NCBI GenBank assembly: GCA_023898465.1
Contig: CP060223.1
Span: forward strand, 800,001-864,000
Length of the DNA stretch: 64,000 nt
Direction of reading: 5' to 3'
Source of the DNA: Candidatus Nomurabacteria bacterium
Lineage (GTDB): Bacteria; Patescibacteriota; Patescibacteriia; HK-STAS-PATE-3
Part shown: piece by piece, positions 41,702 through 51,231 of the stretch
Layout of the letters: each line of letters begins with the position of its first letter
How positions within the stretch are numbered: position 1 is the first letter of the stretch
Notes under the pieces: generated by a model
Databases searched by the model: none
What the model was told of the DNA's origin: nothing
The model's input: only the letters and a program-made list of their open reading frames with translations
Made by a program: the position numbers and the translations under genes

Positions 41702-43249
41702 ATGGAAACCATATTTCCTCGTCTACAACACTGGATCAATACCCAACCCAAGACGCTTTTTATCAGCATCGCCACGCTTGGTGGATTGGGCATACTCCTG
41801 AGCGCTGCCAGCGCAAACGGACTGGCCTTTGCTTTGCTGCTTGGTGGCATTGCTTTCTGGCTTGCCTTATTCCGACCACATTGGCTGGTCTTTCTTTTAG
41901 CTGCCTATATTCCTTTTGAACCTTTTGTACTCAAGTACGTTTCTGATGACCTGTATGTGTACATCCGGTACGCATCCGAATTACTCATCTACCTCCTGGT
42001 TTTTGCCGCGCTTGTCTATCGTCTGCGCTCCCGTACTCACTTCTCGCTAGGTCCAAACTCTTGGTGGCTAGTCTTTTTCTTCGGCAGCATCATCATAAGT
42101 ATTTTTATGAACTCCGTTCCTGTAGCCACGGCTATTTTAGGAACCCGTCAGATTATCCGCTTCATGCTACTTGGCTTAGCTGTAGTGAATCTACCTCTTT
42201 CCAAGCGCTTTGCAAAAACTATTCTCTGGATGATAATCGGTATCGCCGCACTGCAATCACTTATTGGATTAGGTCAATCACTCATCGGCGCCCCAGCTGA
42301 TAATATACTTATCCCAAGCGAAGAACGACTCTTTGGCTCAATTTTACTTACCCCAGGAACTGATCAATATTGGGAAGGTGGACAGCGTATTACTGCCACC
42401 ATGGGACGCTATGACCAACTAGGCACTTTTCTCTCTTTTGTACTCCTCTTAGTAGTTGGCTTATTGTACGAGCATCCCAAACTGCAAACTAAGCGTAAGT
42501 TGTTAGCCATACTCATGCTTGGAATTGCCGCACTCGCCTTAACATATTCACGTGCCTCCTGGTTTGGTTTTGCTCTGGGTTTTGGGGTGATAAGTGTCTT
42601 TTTGAAACGCGACAAACGAGTCATGATTGCGGGATTTTTACTCATCGCTTTTGTTGCACTCTACCCATTCTTTACCTCGCTAGTTGTTGACGACCTAATT
42701 GACCAACCGAACATGCCGATTGTTGATCGCTTGTATGAGGCTTTTTCCTATGAACGCTGGCGCAGTGAATACTATGGTCAGGGACGCGTCTTCTTTATTA
42801 TTGAAACTGCTACAAAGGTGTTCCCAGCTGCCCCGGTCTTTGGCTTTGGGCCTGGTCAATACGGAGGTGGAGCGGCTGCTGCACTTGCTAACACTACCGT
42901 CTACGATCAACTAGGTATCCCTTTTGGTATCTATGGCTATACCGGACAAATTGATAACAACTGGCTGGCCTTACTCGGTGAAACAGGCGCAGTCGGCGTC
43001 CTCCTTTATATGGCGCTCTTCCTCAGCATCATTCGCTATTCCTGGCGCGTCTATCGACAAAGTGAAGATAAGATGATTGCCGGATTTGCGCTTGGCTTGA
43101 TTGGTGCAATCTTGGCTGCTGCTTTTGAGGGCGCACTTGGTACTCACTTTGAAGTACGTACCCTGGGTGTCTATCTCTGGCTTTTCCCGGCTTTGCTTTT
43201 TGTCCTGCACGAAAAAACCTCCGACTATGAAAATCGTCCAAGTCAATAA
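41702..43249 (+). CDS. O-antigen ligase/polymerase-like membrane protein (Wzy_C), third paralogue
   Basis: Multi-TM. TYSRASWFGFALGFG motif. Confidence 0.6.
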   Translation: METIFPRLQHWINTQPKTLFISIATLGGLGILLSAASANGLAFALLLGGIAFWLALFRPHWLVFLLAAYIPFEPFVLKYVSDDLYVYIRYASELLIYLLVFAALVYRLRSRTHFSLGPNSWWLVFFFGSIIISIFMNSVPVATAILGTRQIIRFMLLGLAVVNLPLSKRFAKTILWMIIGIAALQSLIGLGQSLIGAPADNILIPSEERLFGSILLTPGTDQYWEGGQRITATMGRYDQLGTFLSFVLLLVVGLLYEHPKLQTKRKLLAILMLGIAALALTYSRASWFGFALGFGVISVFLKRDKRVMIAGFLLIAFVALYPFFTSLVVDDLIDQPNMPIVDRLYEAFSYERWRSEYYGQGRVFFIIETATKVFPAAPVFGFGPGQYGGGAAAALANTTVYDQLGIPFGIYGYTGQIDNNWLALLGETGAVGVLLYMALFLSIIRYSWRVYRQSEDKMIAGFALGLIGAILAAAFEGALGTHFEVRTLGVYLWLFPALLFVLHEKTSDYENRPSQ

Positions 43250-44468
43250 ATTCGCTTATCCCCGCGGTGGGGCTGAGCGACATATGCTCGACCTGATTAA
43301 AGTGCTGCAAGCCCATGGCCATGAGGTGTCGGTCTTTGCTATGCGTCATCCTGAGAATCTGCTCTGGCCTGATAGCGACCTCTTTGTCTCACAGGTCAAC
43401 TTTGAGCATCCACGTAGCTTTAGTGAAAAGTTGCGAGCTGCCGGACGAATGTTGTGGTCATTTGAGGCAGCGCGTAAATTCGGTGAACTGCTTGATCGAC
43501 GTCAACCTGATCTTGTGCACGTACACAATATCTATCATCAAATCTCGCCTTCAATATTACGTGAAGCAAAGAAGCGCGGCATACCGGTCGTCATGACTTT
43601 GCATGACTTCAAATTCATTGCGCCAAACTACTTACTATATGCCGATGGTAAAGTGAGTGAAGCTACTAAACCGAATAAATATTGGAAGCTCATCCCACAT
43701 CGGGAAATTAAACACTCCTTTGCTGCCTCATTACTTTGCGCTTTAGAAATGTATCTCCACAAAACGCTGCGGGTGTATGAAAAGTATGTTGATGTGTTTA
43801 TCGCACCAAGCCAATTCATGGCTGACAAAGTGCGTGAGTATGGCGTGCAAGCTAAAAGAGTTGAAGTGCTAGCAAACTTTATGCCTCAGCGCGACTTGCC
43901 AAGCTCGCAAGAGAAAGGCTATGCGCTTTTCTTCGGCCGCTTAGCAAAAGAAAAAGGTGTAGATGTGCTCATCGACGCCTGGCGCGAACTCAAAGACATC
44001 CCCCTGAAGATTGCCGGTACCGGACCGGAGGAATTAAAGCTGCGCCAACAAGCTGCTAGTGTTGCTGGTCATCAGATTAGCTTTGTTGGACATCAGAATG
44101 GTAAAGCTCTAGACAAATTAATTGCCGGCGCCCGTCTCATTGTGTTCCCTTCTCGTTGGTATGAAAACCAGCCCATGAGTTTAATTGAAGCATTTCGATT
44201 TCAGAAGCCGGTCATTGCCTCACGCCTAGGCGCCATCCCTGAACTCGTGCATAAAAACGACGGTGGGCGCTTAGTACCACCGAATGATTCCGGCTCTATT
44301 ACCGAAGCAGTCCGCGAGCTTTGGAATAATGCCGAGCTTCAACGCATGGGTGAATACAATTACCAGCGTAGTTTACTTTTTTCCAGCGAAGGGTATTATG
44401 AAAAATACCTATCGCTCTTTGATGAGATTAGTGACAAGTCTCAGTCTCGCACTGAAACTGCTCAGTAG
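43227..44468 (+). CDS. glycosyltransferase family 4
   Basis: Start taken at MKIVQVNKFAYPRGGAERH. C-terminal …FPSRWYENQPMSLIEAFRFQKPVIAS… GT4 E-x7-E region. Confidence 0.85.
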   Translation: MKIVQVNKFAYPRGGAERHMLDLIKVLQAHGHEVSVFAMRHPENLLWPDSDLFVSQVNFEHPRSFSEKLRAAGRMLWSFEAARKFGELLDRRQPDLVHVHNIYHQISPSILREAKKRGIPVVMTLHDFKFIAPNYLLYADGKVSEATKPNKYWKLIPHREIKHSFAASLLCALEMYLHKTLRVYEKYVDVFIAPSQFMADKVREYGVQAKRVEVLANFMPQRDLPSSQEKGYALFFGRLAKEKGVDVLIDAWRELKDIPLKIAGTGPEELKLRQQAASVAGHQISFVGHQNGKALDKLIAGARLIVFPSRWYENQPMSLIEAFRFQKPVIASRLGAIPELVHKNDGGRLVPPNDSGSITEAVRELWNNAELQRMGEYNYQRSLLFSSEGYYEKYLSLFDEISDKSQSRTETAQ

Positions 44469-44513
44469 TCTTGTCTTTCCGCACCTTACAGCACTCGCAA
44501 CCTTGGAGGGAGT

Positions 44514-44909
44514 ATGCGACGTTTCTTTTTGGCACTAGGCTTTTTGAGTGGCTTGGGACTCGTGCTCGGCGCTTTCTGTTTCTTCGTCCACATTACCGTG
44601 GACTGGCATGAGAGTCGAAATGAGGTACATCGCATCGGCAACATCGCCAGTCATATCATCAAAGTGAAGGAGGCAACGGGCGAATGGCCGAGCAGGATCG
44701 AAGGCGATGAAACCGACTTCTGGGGCCAACACTATCAAGTGATTCGCGAAACAGCAAGCGTCTGCGCCCTTGTCTCAAAAGGGCCAAACGAACGACTGGA
44801 CACAAACGGTCGCTCGCTGATCAACAGGAAGAAAAATGGAGATGACATCGTCATCTTGATCGAGTCTCAAACGGAGGGACAGGGATTTGTCCAACAAGTG
44901 CTACGCTAG
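44514..44909 (+). CDS. hypothetical membrane-anchored protein (GC-rich island)
   Basis: SD GGAGGGAG. N-terminal TM. Confidence 0.4.
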   Translation: MRRFFLALGFLSGLGLVLGAFCFFVHITVDWHESRNEVHRIGNIASHIIKVKEATGEWPSRIEGDETDFWGQHYQVIRETASVCALVSKGPNERLDTNGRSLINRKKNGDDIVILIESQTEGQGFVQQVLR

Positions 44910-44942
44910 GAGATGAGGCAGTATTGTAGGGATACAGTACTG

Positions 44943-45041
44943 CTTTTTCTTTTACCACGGCGAGGCAGAGAAGTCCCACCTATGTGTTTATTATTACCCA
45001 ATAGCCAAGGCGTCCCGGCCTTGGCAGTTTTTTTCTTTTAC
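44943..45041. repeat. REP-like palindromic element copy 1 (core gccaaggcgtcccggccttggc) with 13-nt flanking direct repeat tttttcttttacc
   Basis: About 85 nt shared with copies at 45881 and 48593. Internal inverted repeat gccaaggc/gccttggc. The same 13-mer occurs at 44945-44957 and 45028-45040. Confidence 0.5.
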
Positions 45042-45167
45042 CTTACGCATTGACAATTTTCGTATTTTAGGGTAGAATGCTCAGTCATAATCTGACACCG
45101 TTTTTTGACACCGTTGACGGAAAGTCGTCAACAAGAACTCACGCAACCCTATCAGAGGAGGGGCGTC

Positions 45168-45803
45168 ATGTGCGACTTGATCCGGGTATACTTCGACTGT
45201 ATGCGACACGGGGAGAGGGAGGGAGATCAACTCACCGCCCTCGGAACCAGGCAGGTCTCTGCCTCGGCTGAGGCCAACCTGGCTGGAACGCGCTATCTCT
45301 TGGCCTTCCACACAGGGATGACCCGCACTTACCAGACCGCCGAGACTATCCTTTCTACCCTGGAGGGGGCCGGCTCCTTGACCCCTCGAGCAGAAGAGGG
45401 CTTCGGCGTGGTTTGGGCACTGAATCAAAAGTGGCCTATCCAGACCGCCCAAGACCAGATCAAGAGTCTCGTAGCCAGCGGCGCTGCTGAGACTGCCGCT
45501 CTTTGGACCTCCTCCTGGCCACCCGCCCTCGCCATCCTTGGACGCTTCCTTGGCACGCTGGAGAAGTGGACAACCTATGCAGCCATGCGTGCTGCTGAAG
45601 ACGGATCACCGGTCGGTGATGGAGTCCGGTTCTTAGTGGCCAGCCACAGCCCCTGCGCTGAACTCGCCGCCCTCGATCCTTCCGCCACTCCGCGTCTCGG
45701 CCCGGCTGACGGTATCACCTACGAAATCGAGGTGGACATCAGAAACCTCGGGATAGTGATCACCTCCTCCGAGGTCTGGCGCTGCCCCGAAGGAGTCGAG
45801 TAG
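45168..45803 (+). CDS. histidine phosphatase superfamily (phosphoglycerate-mutase-like) protein
   Basis: RHGE catalytic motif in DCMRHGEREGDQLTALGTRQ. SD GAGGAGGGG. Flanked on both sides by REP-like copies. Confidence 0.55.
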   Translation: MCDLIRVYFDCMRHGEREGDQLTALGTRQVSASAEANLAGTRYLLAFHTGMTRTYQTAETILSTLEGAGSLTPRAEEGFGVVWALNQKWPIQTAQDQIKSLVASGAAETAALWTSSWPPALAILGRFLGTLEKWTTYAAMRAAEDGSPVGDGVRFLVASHSPCAELAALDPSATPRLGPADGITYEIEVDIRNLGIVITSSEVWRCPEGVE

Positions 45804-45880
45804 CTTTCCCGCTCTTTCGCCCTGAGACGCTCAGCGTCTTCACCCGGGCACCCGAAGCCGTAGACTTCTCCAGTCTGCGG

Positions 45881-45965
45881 CTTTTTTCTTTTACCACGGC
45901 GGGACAGAGACGCCCCTCCTATGTGCTTATTATTACCCCATAGCCAAGGCGTCTCGGCCTTGGCG
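45881..45965. repeat. REP-like palindromic element copy 2
   Basis: cttttttcttttaccacggcgggacagagacgcccctcctatgtgcttattattaccccatagccaaggcgtctcggccttggcgg. Confidence 0.5.
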
Positions 45966-46058
45966 GAGCTTATGAAGACTTGAAAAAAACACATGTTCGT
46001 GTATGATGGCCTCGATCACATAATGTACCTTGCAGATAACAAGTAGGAGGTATCAGAC

Positions 46059-46391
46059 ATGTCTGGCTTCGGAATTTCCCTCACTGAATATGAGATAGGA
46101 TTCAGCTCTCAGGATCCTTGGAGTTTTACTGACAGACTCTCCCGATTGGGAGTCATGACCACCCATGGCCTGATCGTCGGGGAACTGTCATCAGGACAGG
46201 GTGACGCGATTCTCTGGATCGATGAAGCATCTCTCTCATCAGTCCCGATCCAATGGGTCGTTCCAAAATCAGCCCACACACTTCATGGAGTCACCACACA
46301 CATTGTGGAAATTCCTGAAGATGAAATCATTTGCTTCGCCGATCCTCCCAAGCCGATCCGTGCCTATGGCATAGACCCCGGACTTCTATGA
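46059..46391 (+). CDS. hypothetical protein (GC-rich island)
   Basis: SD AGGAGG. 110 aa. Confidence 0.4.
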   Translation: MSGFGISLTEYEIGFSSQDPWSFTDRLSRLGVMTTHGLIVGELSSGQGDAILWIDEASLSSVPIQWVVPKSAHTLHGVTTHIVEIPEDEIICFADPPKPIRAYGIDPGLL

Positions 46392-46539
46392 CTGTCCACT
46401 ACGACACCCATCACTTCCTGATAGGGTGTCTTTCTTTTACATTGACCCAATACCTCATTCTTGCTAATCTGGGCCCGCTACTGCTAGCACTTGAGAGTCT
46501 AGCTCATTGGAAATTGAATCCAACCAGTGAGGGAAACAC

Positions 46540-47028
46540 ATGCGACTCCAAATCACCGTGACGAATGATGTCGACGTCGACGTCATTCATCGAGTTCTCA
46601 AATCCCCTGCGTTCGCCAACAAGCTCTTCCATGAGATCGTCGGCACGCTCTTTCCTGAACAGACGGTGGGGCCAGCCGAGTTCATGATCGAGGAGCCGGT
46701 ACGAGCACTGGGCTGTGTCCCTGAGACGCCTCTCGGGATCCGACTCACCCTACTCGAAGTAAGGCAGGATAGGATCCCGGTCAAGACCTTCCACCAACTG
46801 GTGGCAAAGATGACTGAGCTACTCGGAACCGCCTTGACTGCCTACCTTGGACCCAGGGCGGGTCATGTTCAGACCTGCAGCTTCCTGATGCTCGACCGCG
46901 CCATCGAAACGACGCCTGGTAGCGGGATACTGAGCACGGTCATCAACTCGGAACCTCGCTGGGTCGACCTGAGGACCTACCCCGGAGTCACCGAGTCCGC
47001 TACGACGCCGGTCGGAGCCTGCGGCTAG
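46540..47028 (+). CDS. hypothetical protein (GC-rich island)
   Basis: SD GAGGGAAA. 162 aa. Bidirectional terminator acacccgatt…aatcgggtgt at 47042-47080. Confidence 0.4.
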   Translation: MRLQITVTNDVDVDVIHRVLKSPAFANKLFHEIVGTLFPEQTVGPAEFMIEEPVRALGCVPETPLGIRLTLLEVRQDRIPVKTFHQLVAKMTELLGTALTAYLGPRAGHVQTCSFLMLDRAIETTPGSGILSTVINSEPRWVDLRTYPGVTESATTPVGACG

Positions 47029-47080
47029 CCGCGACCACAAAACACCCGATTGCTTTACGTAATCGGGTGTCTTCCTTTTC

Positions 47081-48037
47081 TTAAGATCCAAATACATTCT
47101 CAAATAAAACGCCAAGCGGATTACTGAGAATCCAAAGTAAGTACGCGTAGCCAAATAATTGTAGCGCCACAAGCACCAACACAAGTGACCAAATACTCGC
47201 CGCAATCCATAGCTCAACCTTCCCCATCTTCCAGCGCTCACGTTTCAAAATGTGTCCCATAACTAACTGAACACCCCAGATCAATATAGTAATAACGATA
47301 CCAACCACGGTAATACCGCTACCAACTTTGGCAACTAAGAGTATGTTCTTAAACTGTTGGAATTTTTTTGCTGCTAAGGCCCCAACTGCAGCTGCATCAG
47401 CAGCGCCTCGGACACCTTCTCCTCGTAGGAGAGCCTCGGCACCACTGGCCACTCCACGGGCTCGGGCTTGACCGAGCCCACGCTTCAAGGCTCTTTGTTC
47501 TGCTACCTTACCTAAGCGAGTGGTTGGTTGGGAAGCCTTTTCCTGTTGGGTAATTTCATCGCCTAGTTTACCTCCAACTTTATCTACTAGTCTCTGGCCT
47601 ATAGAAGGATCTTTTGTCGTTGTTCTAGGCTGCGCTGCTTTATTCGCGACCTCTCCGTTCCTTGCTCGTTTTAGTGCCGCCTGATTATATTGCTGAGGCC
47701 TCTGTTTACTTGAAACAGAATTGGCAGGCTGCGCACTAGTTTGTGTTGCATCTTGCCCTGCAAAAGCTTGAGAGGGTGAGTTTACTTGTGCCTCGTCTTG
47801 TGATTCCTGTACATCAGCCTGAGCATGACCAAGACTATCTGCAGCAATCGCTGTGCCTAGATTAGCCGCATCATTAAAAGGCGTCCCGGTTGCTAAAATA
47901 GGTCGTATGTTTTGCGGATTGGCTTTTTTTTGACGCGCCCGACGTCGTAAACGACTCAACAAACGTTGCTGCACCTCTGGATTTCGAGGCTCAGTCGCTT
48001 GTGTGCCAGTCCCTCGCGATTGTGTTTGTTGCTCCAT
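47081..48037 (-). CDS. hypothetical membrane protein, Gln/Ala-rich low-complexity N-terminus and C-terminal TM helices
   Basis: About 318 aa from the ATG. Low-complexity N-terminus. C-terminal TMs ILLVAKVGSGITVVGIVITILIWGV and IAASIWSLVLVLVALQLFGYAYLLWIL. Confidence 0.4.
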   Translation of the reverse strand: MEQQTQSRGTGTQATEPRNPEVQQRLLSRLRRRARQKKANPQNIRPILATGTPFNDAANLGTAIAADSLGHAQADVQESQDEAQVNSPSQAFAGQDATQTSAQPANSVSSKQRPQQYNQAALKRARNGEVANKAAQPRTTTKDPSIGQRLVDKVGGKLGDEITQQEKASQPTTRLGKVAEQRALKRGLGQARARGVASGAEALLRGEGVRGAADAAAVGALAAKKFQQFKNILLVAKVGSGITVVGIVITILIWGVQLVMGHILKRERWKMGKVELWIAASIWSLVLVLVALQLFGYAYLLWILSNPLGVLFENVFGS

Positions 48038-48173
48038 GCTCACTAAACTGTACGAAAAAAAAGACTTTCGAGCAAGTTCAAGATAAAATCACTTGCTGAT
48101 CAAATAAACATAGAGTAGTATGCATTTGTCGGGGTTCTACCGACTTTGCACCTTCGCATCGAAGGAGGTCTCC

Positions 48174-48380
48174 ATGCATTCATTGCTCACTTTCAGCGTT
48201 TCAGTCGCTGCATACATCGTCTTTGTGATCCTATCGGCCCGCTTCTGTGGAATGAACGATCGGGCTATGCGGCTCGCCGGTTTGATTGATCGGGTTTCTT
48301 ACCCGTCCAAGATCGAGCCCGAAGACAAATCGGCGTGGCCCCGCGCTCGCACCAAGGAGGAAGTGCCATTAGCGAGTTGA
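48174..48380 (+). CDS. hypothetical small membrane protein
   Basis: SD AAGGAGG. TM SVSVAAYIVFVILSA. Terminator gacgccg…cggcgtc at 48396-48430. Confidence 0.35.
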   Translation: MHSLLTFSVSVAAYIVFVILSARFCGMNDRAMRLAGLIDRVSYPSKIEPEDKSAWPRARTKEEVPLAS

Positions 48381-48427
48381 TCTCAGAACCGGTCTGACGC
48401 CGTACCTAGCAAGGTGCGGCGTCTTCT

Positions 48428-48994
48428 TTATGTAAAACCTTTTTCCTCATATGCGTGATAAGAAGACCAATTCCAATCCTTTGGATCTTTTACCAAGCTA
48501 GCACGTACTGGATTGTAGTGGATATAATGAATGAGATGGTGGAGATATTGGTCAGTATCTACTACGCGGTCATAAAAAGAATCTTGCCATATCTTTTTCA
48601 TGCGACGGCGGGACAGAGACGCCCCGCCTATATGTTTATTATTACCCATAGCCAAGGCGTCTCGGCCTTGGCGGGGTATATCGGCGTCTCGGCCTTGGCG
48701 AGACTTATACATTTGTTGAGTCGTATAACTTTTAATACTATGCATCACCTCCGACACATTCTTCTTCCCTATTATCTCAAACAACACATGGATGTGATCT
48801 GGCATCACCACGTAGGCTAGCAGCCGTATCCAATGTTTCTTATGCAAGAAGAACAGAGTCTCAACGACAATCCTGGAGAGTTCTTTATTCAAGAATAGCT
48901 TTTTCCGTCGGTGGGTATTTGCGGTGACAAAATACACCCTTGTTTCAGCGTTGTAGGTACGACGAAGACGAGACATGAGGACACCTCGTGCCAC
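48428..48994 (-). mobile_element. REP-associated tyrosine transposase (RAYT; IS200/IS605-like Y1 HUH) with in-frame REP-like insertion between HUH and Tyr motifs
   Basis: HUH motif MPDHIHVLF. Catalytic Tyr motif HYIHYNPV. REP copy 3 (48593-48700) lies in-frame inside the ORF and encodes …RQGRDADIPRQGRDALAMGNNKHIGGASLSRR…. Confidence 0.65.
48593..48700. repeat. REP-like palindromic element copy 3 (with tandem duplication of ggcgtctcggccttggcg) embedded in the RAYT ORF
   Basis: Sequence shared with copies 1 and 2. The duplicated 18-mer lies at 48656-48673 and 48683-48700. Confidence 0.5.
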
Positions 48995-49039
48995 CGTTTG
49001 TCTATCTTCACACTAAACTAATCCTTTTACCTTGGCAAA

Positions 49040-49624
49040 CTACCCATACTTCGCCAGAAGTAATCGGGCTGCCTCGCGAATATCTTCCACCCGGTAAAAG
49101 ATAAACTTACCTTGCGTGCTAATGCCCCATTCTAGTATTAATCCCTTCTTCGGCATACGGCACGCCAAGAGAATACGTTGTTTTTCAGCAGGGCTAAGAA
49201 ATTTTTTTAACCCAATGCTTTGGGTGAGTTTACCTTTTTGATAGGTGTAACTAGCTGTCACTTTCCCATAGCGCATGAGGTTCACAATTGGGCCACGAGT
49301 TGCTTCAATAACTACGCGATCACGCTCCAGTAAAATTGTGCCGCCTTTTTTCCATTTCCATGAAGGGTAGACAACAAACAAGGCGCGATGAGGGTGCTCG
49401 CGCTGCAGACGATCAACAGTGGCGGCAACTTTACTTGGTGCCACCCAATTCGCATACAAGTTTTTCCACGGACCACCGCGTACTTCCACAGTGCGAATTG
49501 TCCAGCCACGATATGCATCAATGTTTTGAATACCACGCAGCTCTTTTGAAGAACGCACAAATTGCCACTCAGGATGAGGTAGACCAGCTGCGTCTATTTT
49601 CTTTAGCCCTTGTAGGATGGTCAT
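49040..49624 (-). CDS. mini ATP-grasp protein resembling the N-terminal nucleotide-binding domain of PEP synthase/PPDK (PPDK_N-like fragment)
   Basis: 194 aa. KIDAAGLPHPEWQFV resembles the GLPVPPGFV loop. FVVYPSWKWKKGGTILLERDRVVIEATRG resembles the Mg/ATP-binding strand. 4-nt overlap with the upstream paralogue. Confidence 0.4.
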   Translation of the reverse strand: MTILQGLKKIDAAGLPHPEWQFVRSSKELRGIQNIDAYRGWTIRTVEVRGGPWKNLYANWVAPSKVAATVDRLQREHPHRALFVVYPSWKWKKGGTILLERDRVVIEATRGPIVNLMRYGKVTASYTYQKGKLTQSIGLKKFLSPAEKQRILLACRMPKKGLILEWGISTQGKFIFYRVEDIREAARLLLAKYG

Positions 49625-51231
49625 AACTTACGGACAATTCCTTTCGTTGCATCGACCTCCACTTGGTCACCGTCTTTCAATACTTTGGTAGCAATCTTTG
49701 TGCCAATGACGCAGGGGATTTTTAGCTCCCGAGAAACAATGGCTGCATGCGAAGTTACGCCACCCTGCTCGGTCACAATCGCTGCAGCTTTTTTCATCGC
49801 TGCTACAATGTCCGGGTCAGTAGCAATCGAAACAAGAATATCACCGCGTTGCATTTTTGCCATATCCTTTGGACGAATAATAATCTTAACTCGTCCAGTC
49901 GCTTTTCCTACACAACCTGTCTGACCATGAAGCTCTTCACTTGATTCGTGCTTCATAGACTGCAACTGCTTCTTCATTCTCTTTGCTGCAGCGCCTACGA
50001 GAATAGTATCCCTATTCTTTTCACTGATGTAGACGCATTCTTTCACTCGTTGTTTCAGCATCGATCGAGATAAATGACCACGAGTTAAGGCGGCATGAAC
50101 TTCTTTAGGCAACATGAAGCGCATTTCTTTGAGTGAAATGTGGAGACGCCGGGCAATTTCTTTTTGCAAAAATTCCATTTTATAAAGTGCATATATCTGC
50201 GCAAAGCGACGATAAATTTTTGTTACCATGAAATCACCAAAGGCTAAGAAAAGCGTTTTCCATTTTCCGCTAATTCGGTATTGTCGCAGGTAGCGTTCAC
50301 GCAAACTATTTGCAGTCTGTAATTTCTTCTTTTCCTCTTTGAGCAACGCGGCGATGTCAGACTTCTGACCAATAAGTTTCACCAGCTCTTTTAGGTAGTA
50401 CGTAAAATGCGCAGTTTCACCAATCCACATCCTCGGTACATAGAAGTAGCTCGCATAATGCTTTTGTATACGTTTCAGTATTTCCGGACTTATCGCATCT
50501 ATCAATTGGTCAGCTCGCTGCTCTAGACCATGCTCAAATTCTTCGGTATGCGTTTGCCAGCCATAGGGTCCTGCTTCTTTATTTAAGAAAGTAGAATATA
50601 TATCAGCGAATAATTTTTTCTGTTTGGCATTTTTTTGTATGGCAAAAGCAATGTGCAAAAAATCTTCACGTTCTTTCTGAATCAGTGAAATGCTTCGTGG
50701 ATGAGTGAGCGCGACAAACACCTCATTTACTTTTGCTTCAGGTACTCCTTGCGTTGCTAAATACTGCTTCATCCGATCAGTGAGGTTGTTGTGAAACATA
50801 TCTGCAGCAACCGGTATCCAACACCACTGATAGTACTCCGTGTGCAAACGATCATGCTCAGTATATAATTGCCACAACTTAGTATTACTCTGCTTCTCTA
50901 AGCCCGTCTCGGGTAGCTTTTCAGTAAAGCGTCGTAAGCGATCTGCTTGATGCAGTATCTCTTTATTTACTTGTGTGGCAAAGGCAGGCTCTTGAATAAA
51001 ACGATTAACAATGTGATCGCCCTCGGTCTTCGCATCATCGTGATCATAATAAAACCAGAGATGGTAGCCCTGGTAATAAGTAGCCACTCGTTGATACGCT
51101 CGTCCATTCGGTTTTGCAAACTCATTAGTAAAACATGACAACCAGATTTGCGAAAAAGCAAAATCAATATCTGGAATATCCTCAGCTAGCATCCAATTGA
51201 TACTTTGCTTTTGTATTTTAGGAGAGCTCAT
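49621..51231 (-). CDS. PEP-utilising-enzyme mobile (phosphohistidine swivel) domain protein, paralogue 1
   Basis: 536 aa. C-terminus GGVTSHAAIVSRELKIPCVIGTKIATKVLKDGDQVEVDATKGIV. N-terminal 430 aa of unknown fold. Confidence 0.6.
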   Translation of the reverse strand: MSSPKIQKQSINWMLAEDIPDIDFAFSQIWLSCFTNEFAKPNGRAYQRVATYYQGYHLWFYYDHDDAKTEGDHIVNRFIQEPAFATQVNKEILHQADRLRRFTEKLPETGLEKQSNTKLWQLYTEHDRLHTEYYQWCWIPVAADMFHNNLTDRMKQYLATQGVPEAKVNEVFVALTHPRSISLIQKEREDFLHIAFAIQKNAKQKKLFADIYSTFLNKEAGPYGWQTHTEEFEHGLEQRADQLIDAISPEILKRIQKHYASYFYVPRMWIGETAHFTYYLKELVKLIGQKSDIAALLKEEKKKLQTANSLRERYLRQYRISGKWKTLFLAFGDFMVTKIYRRFAQIYALYKMEFLQKEIARRLHISLKEMRFMLPKEVHAALTRGHLSRSMLKQRVKECVYISEKNRDTILVGAAAKRMKKQLQSMKHESSEELHGQTGCVGKATGRVKIIIRPKDMAKMQRGDILVSIATDPDIVAAMKKAAAIVTEQGGVTSHAAIVSRELKIPCVIGTKIATKVLKDGDQVEVDATKGIVRKL

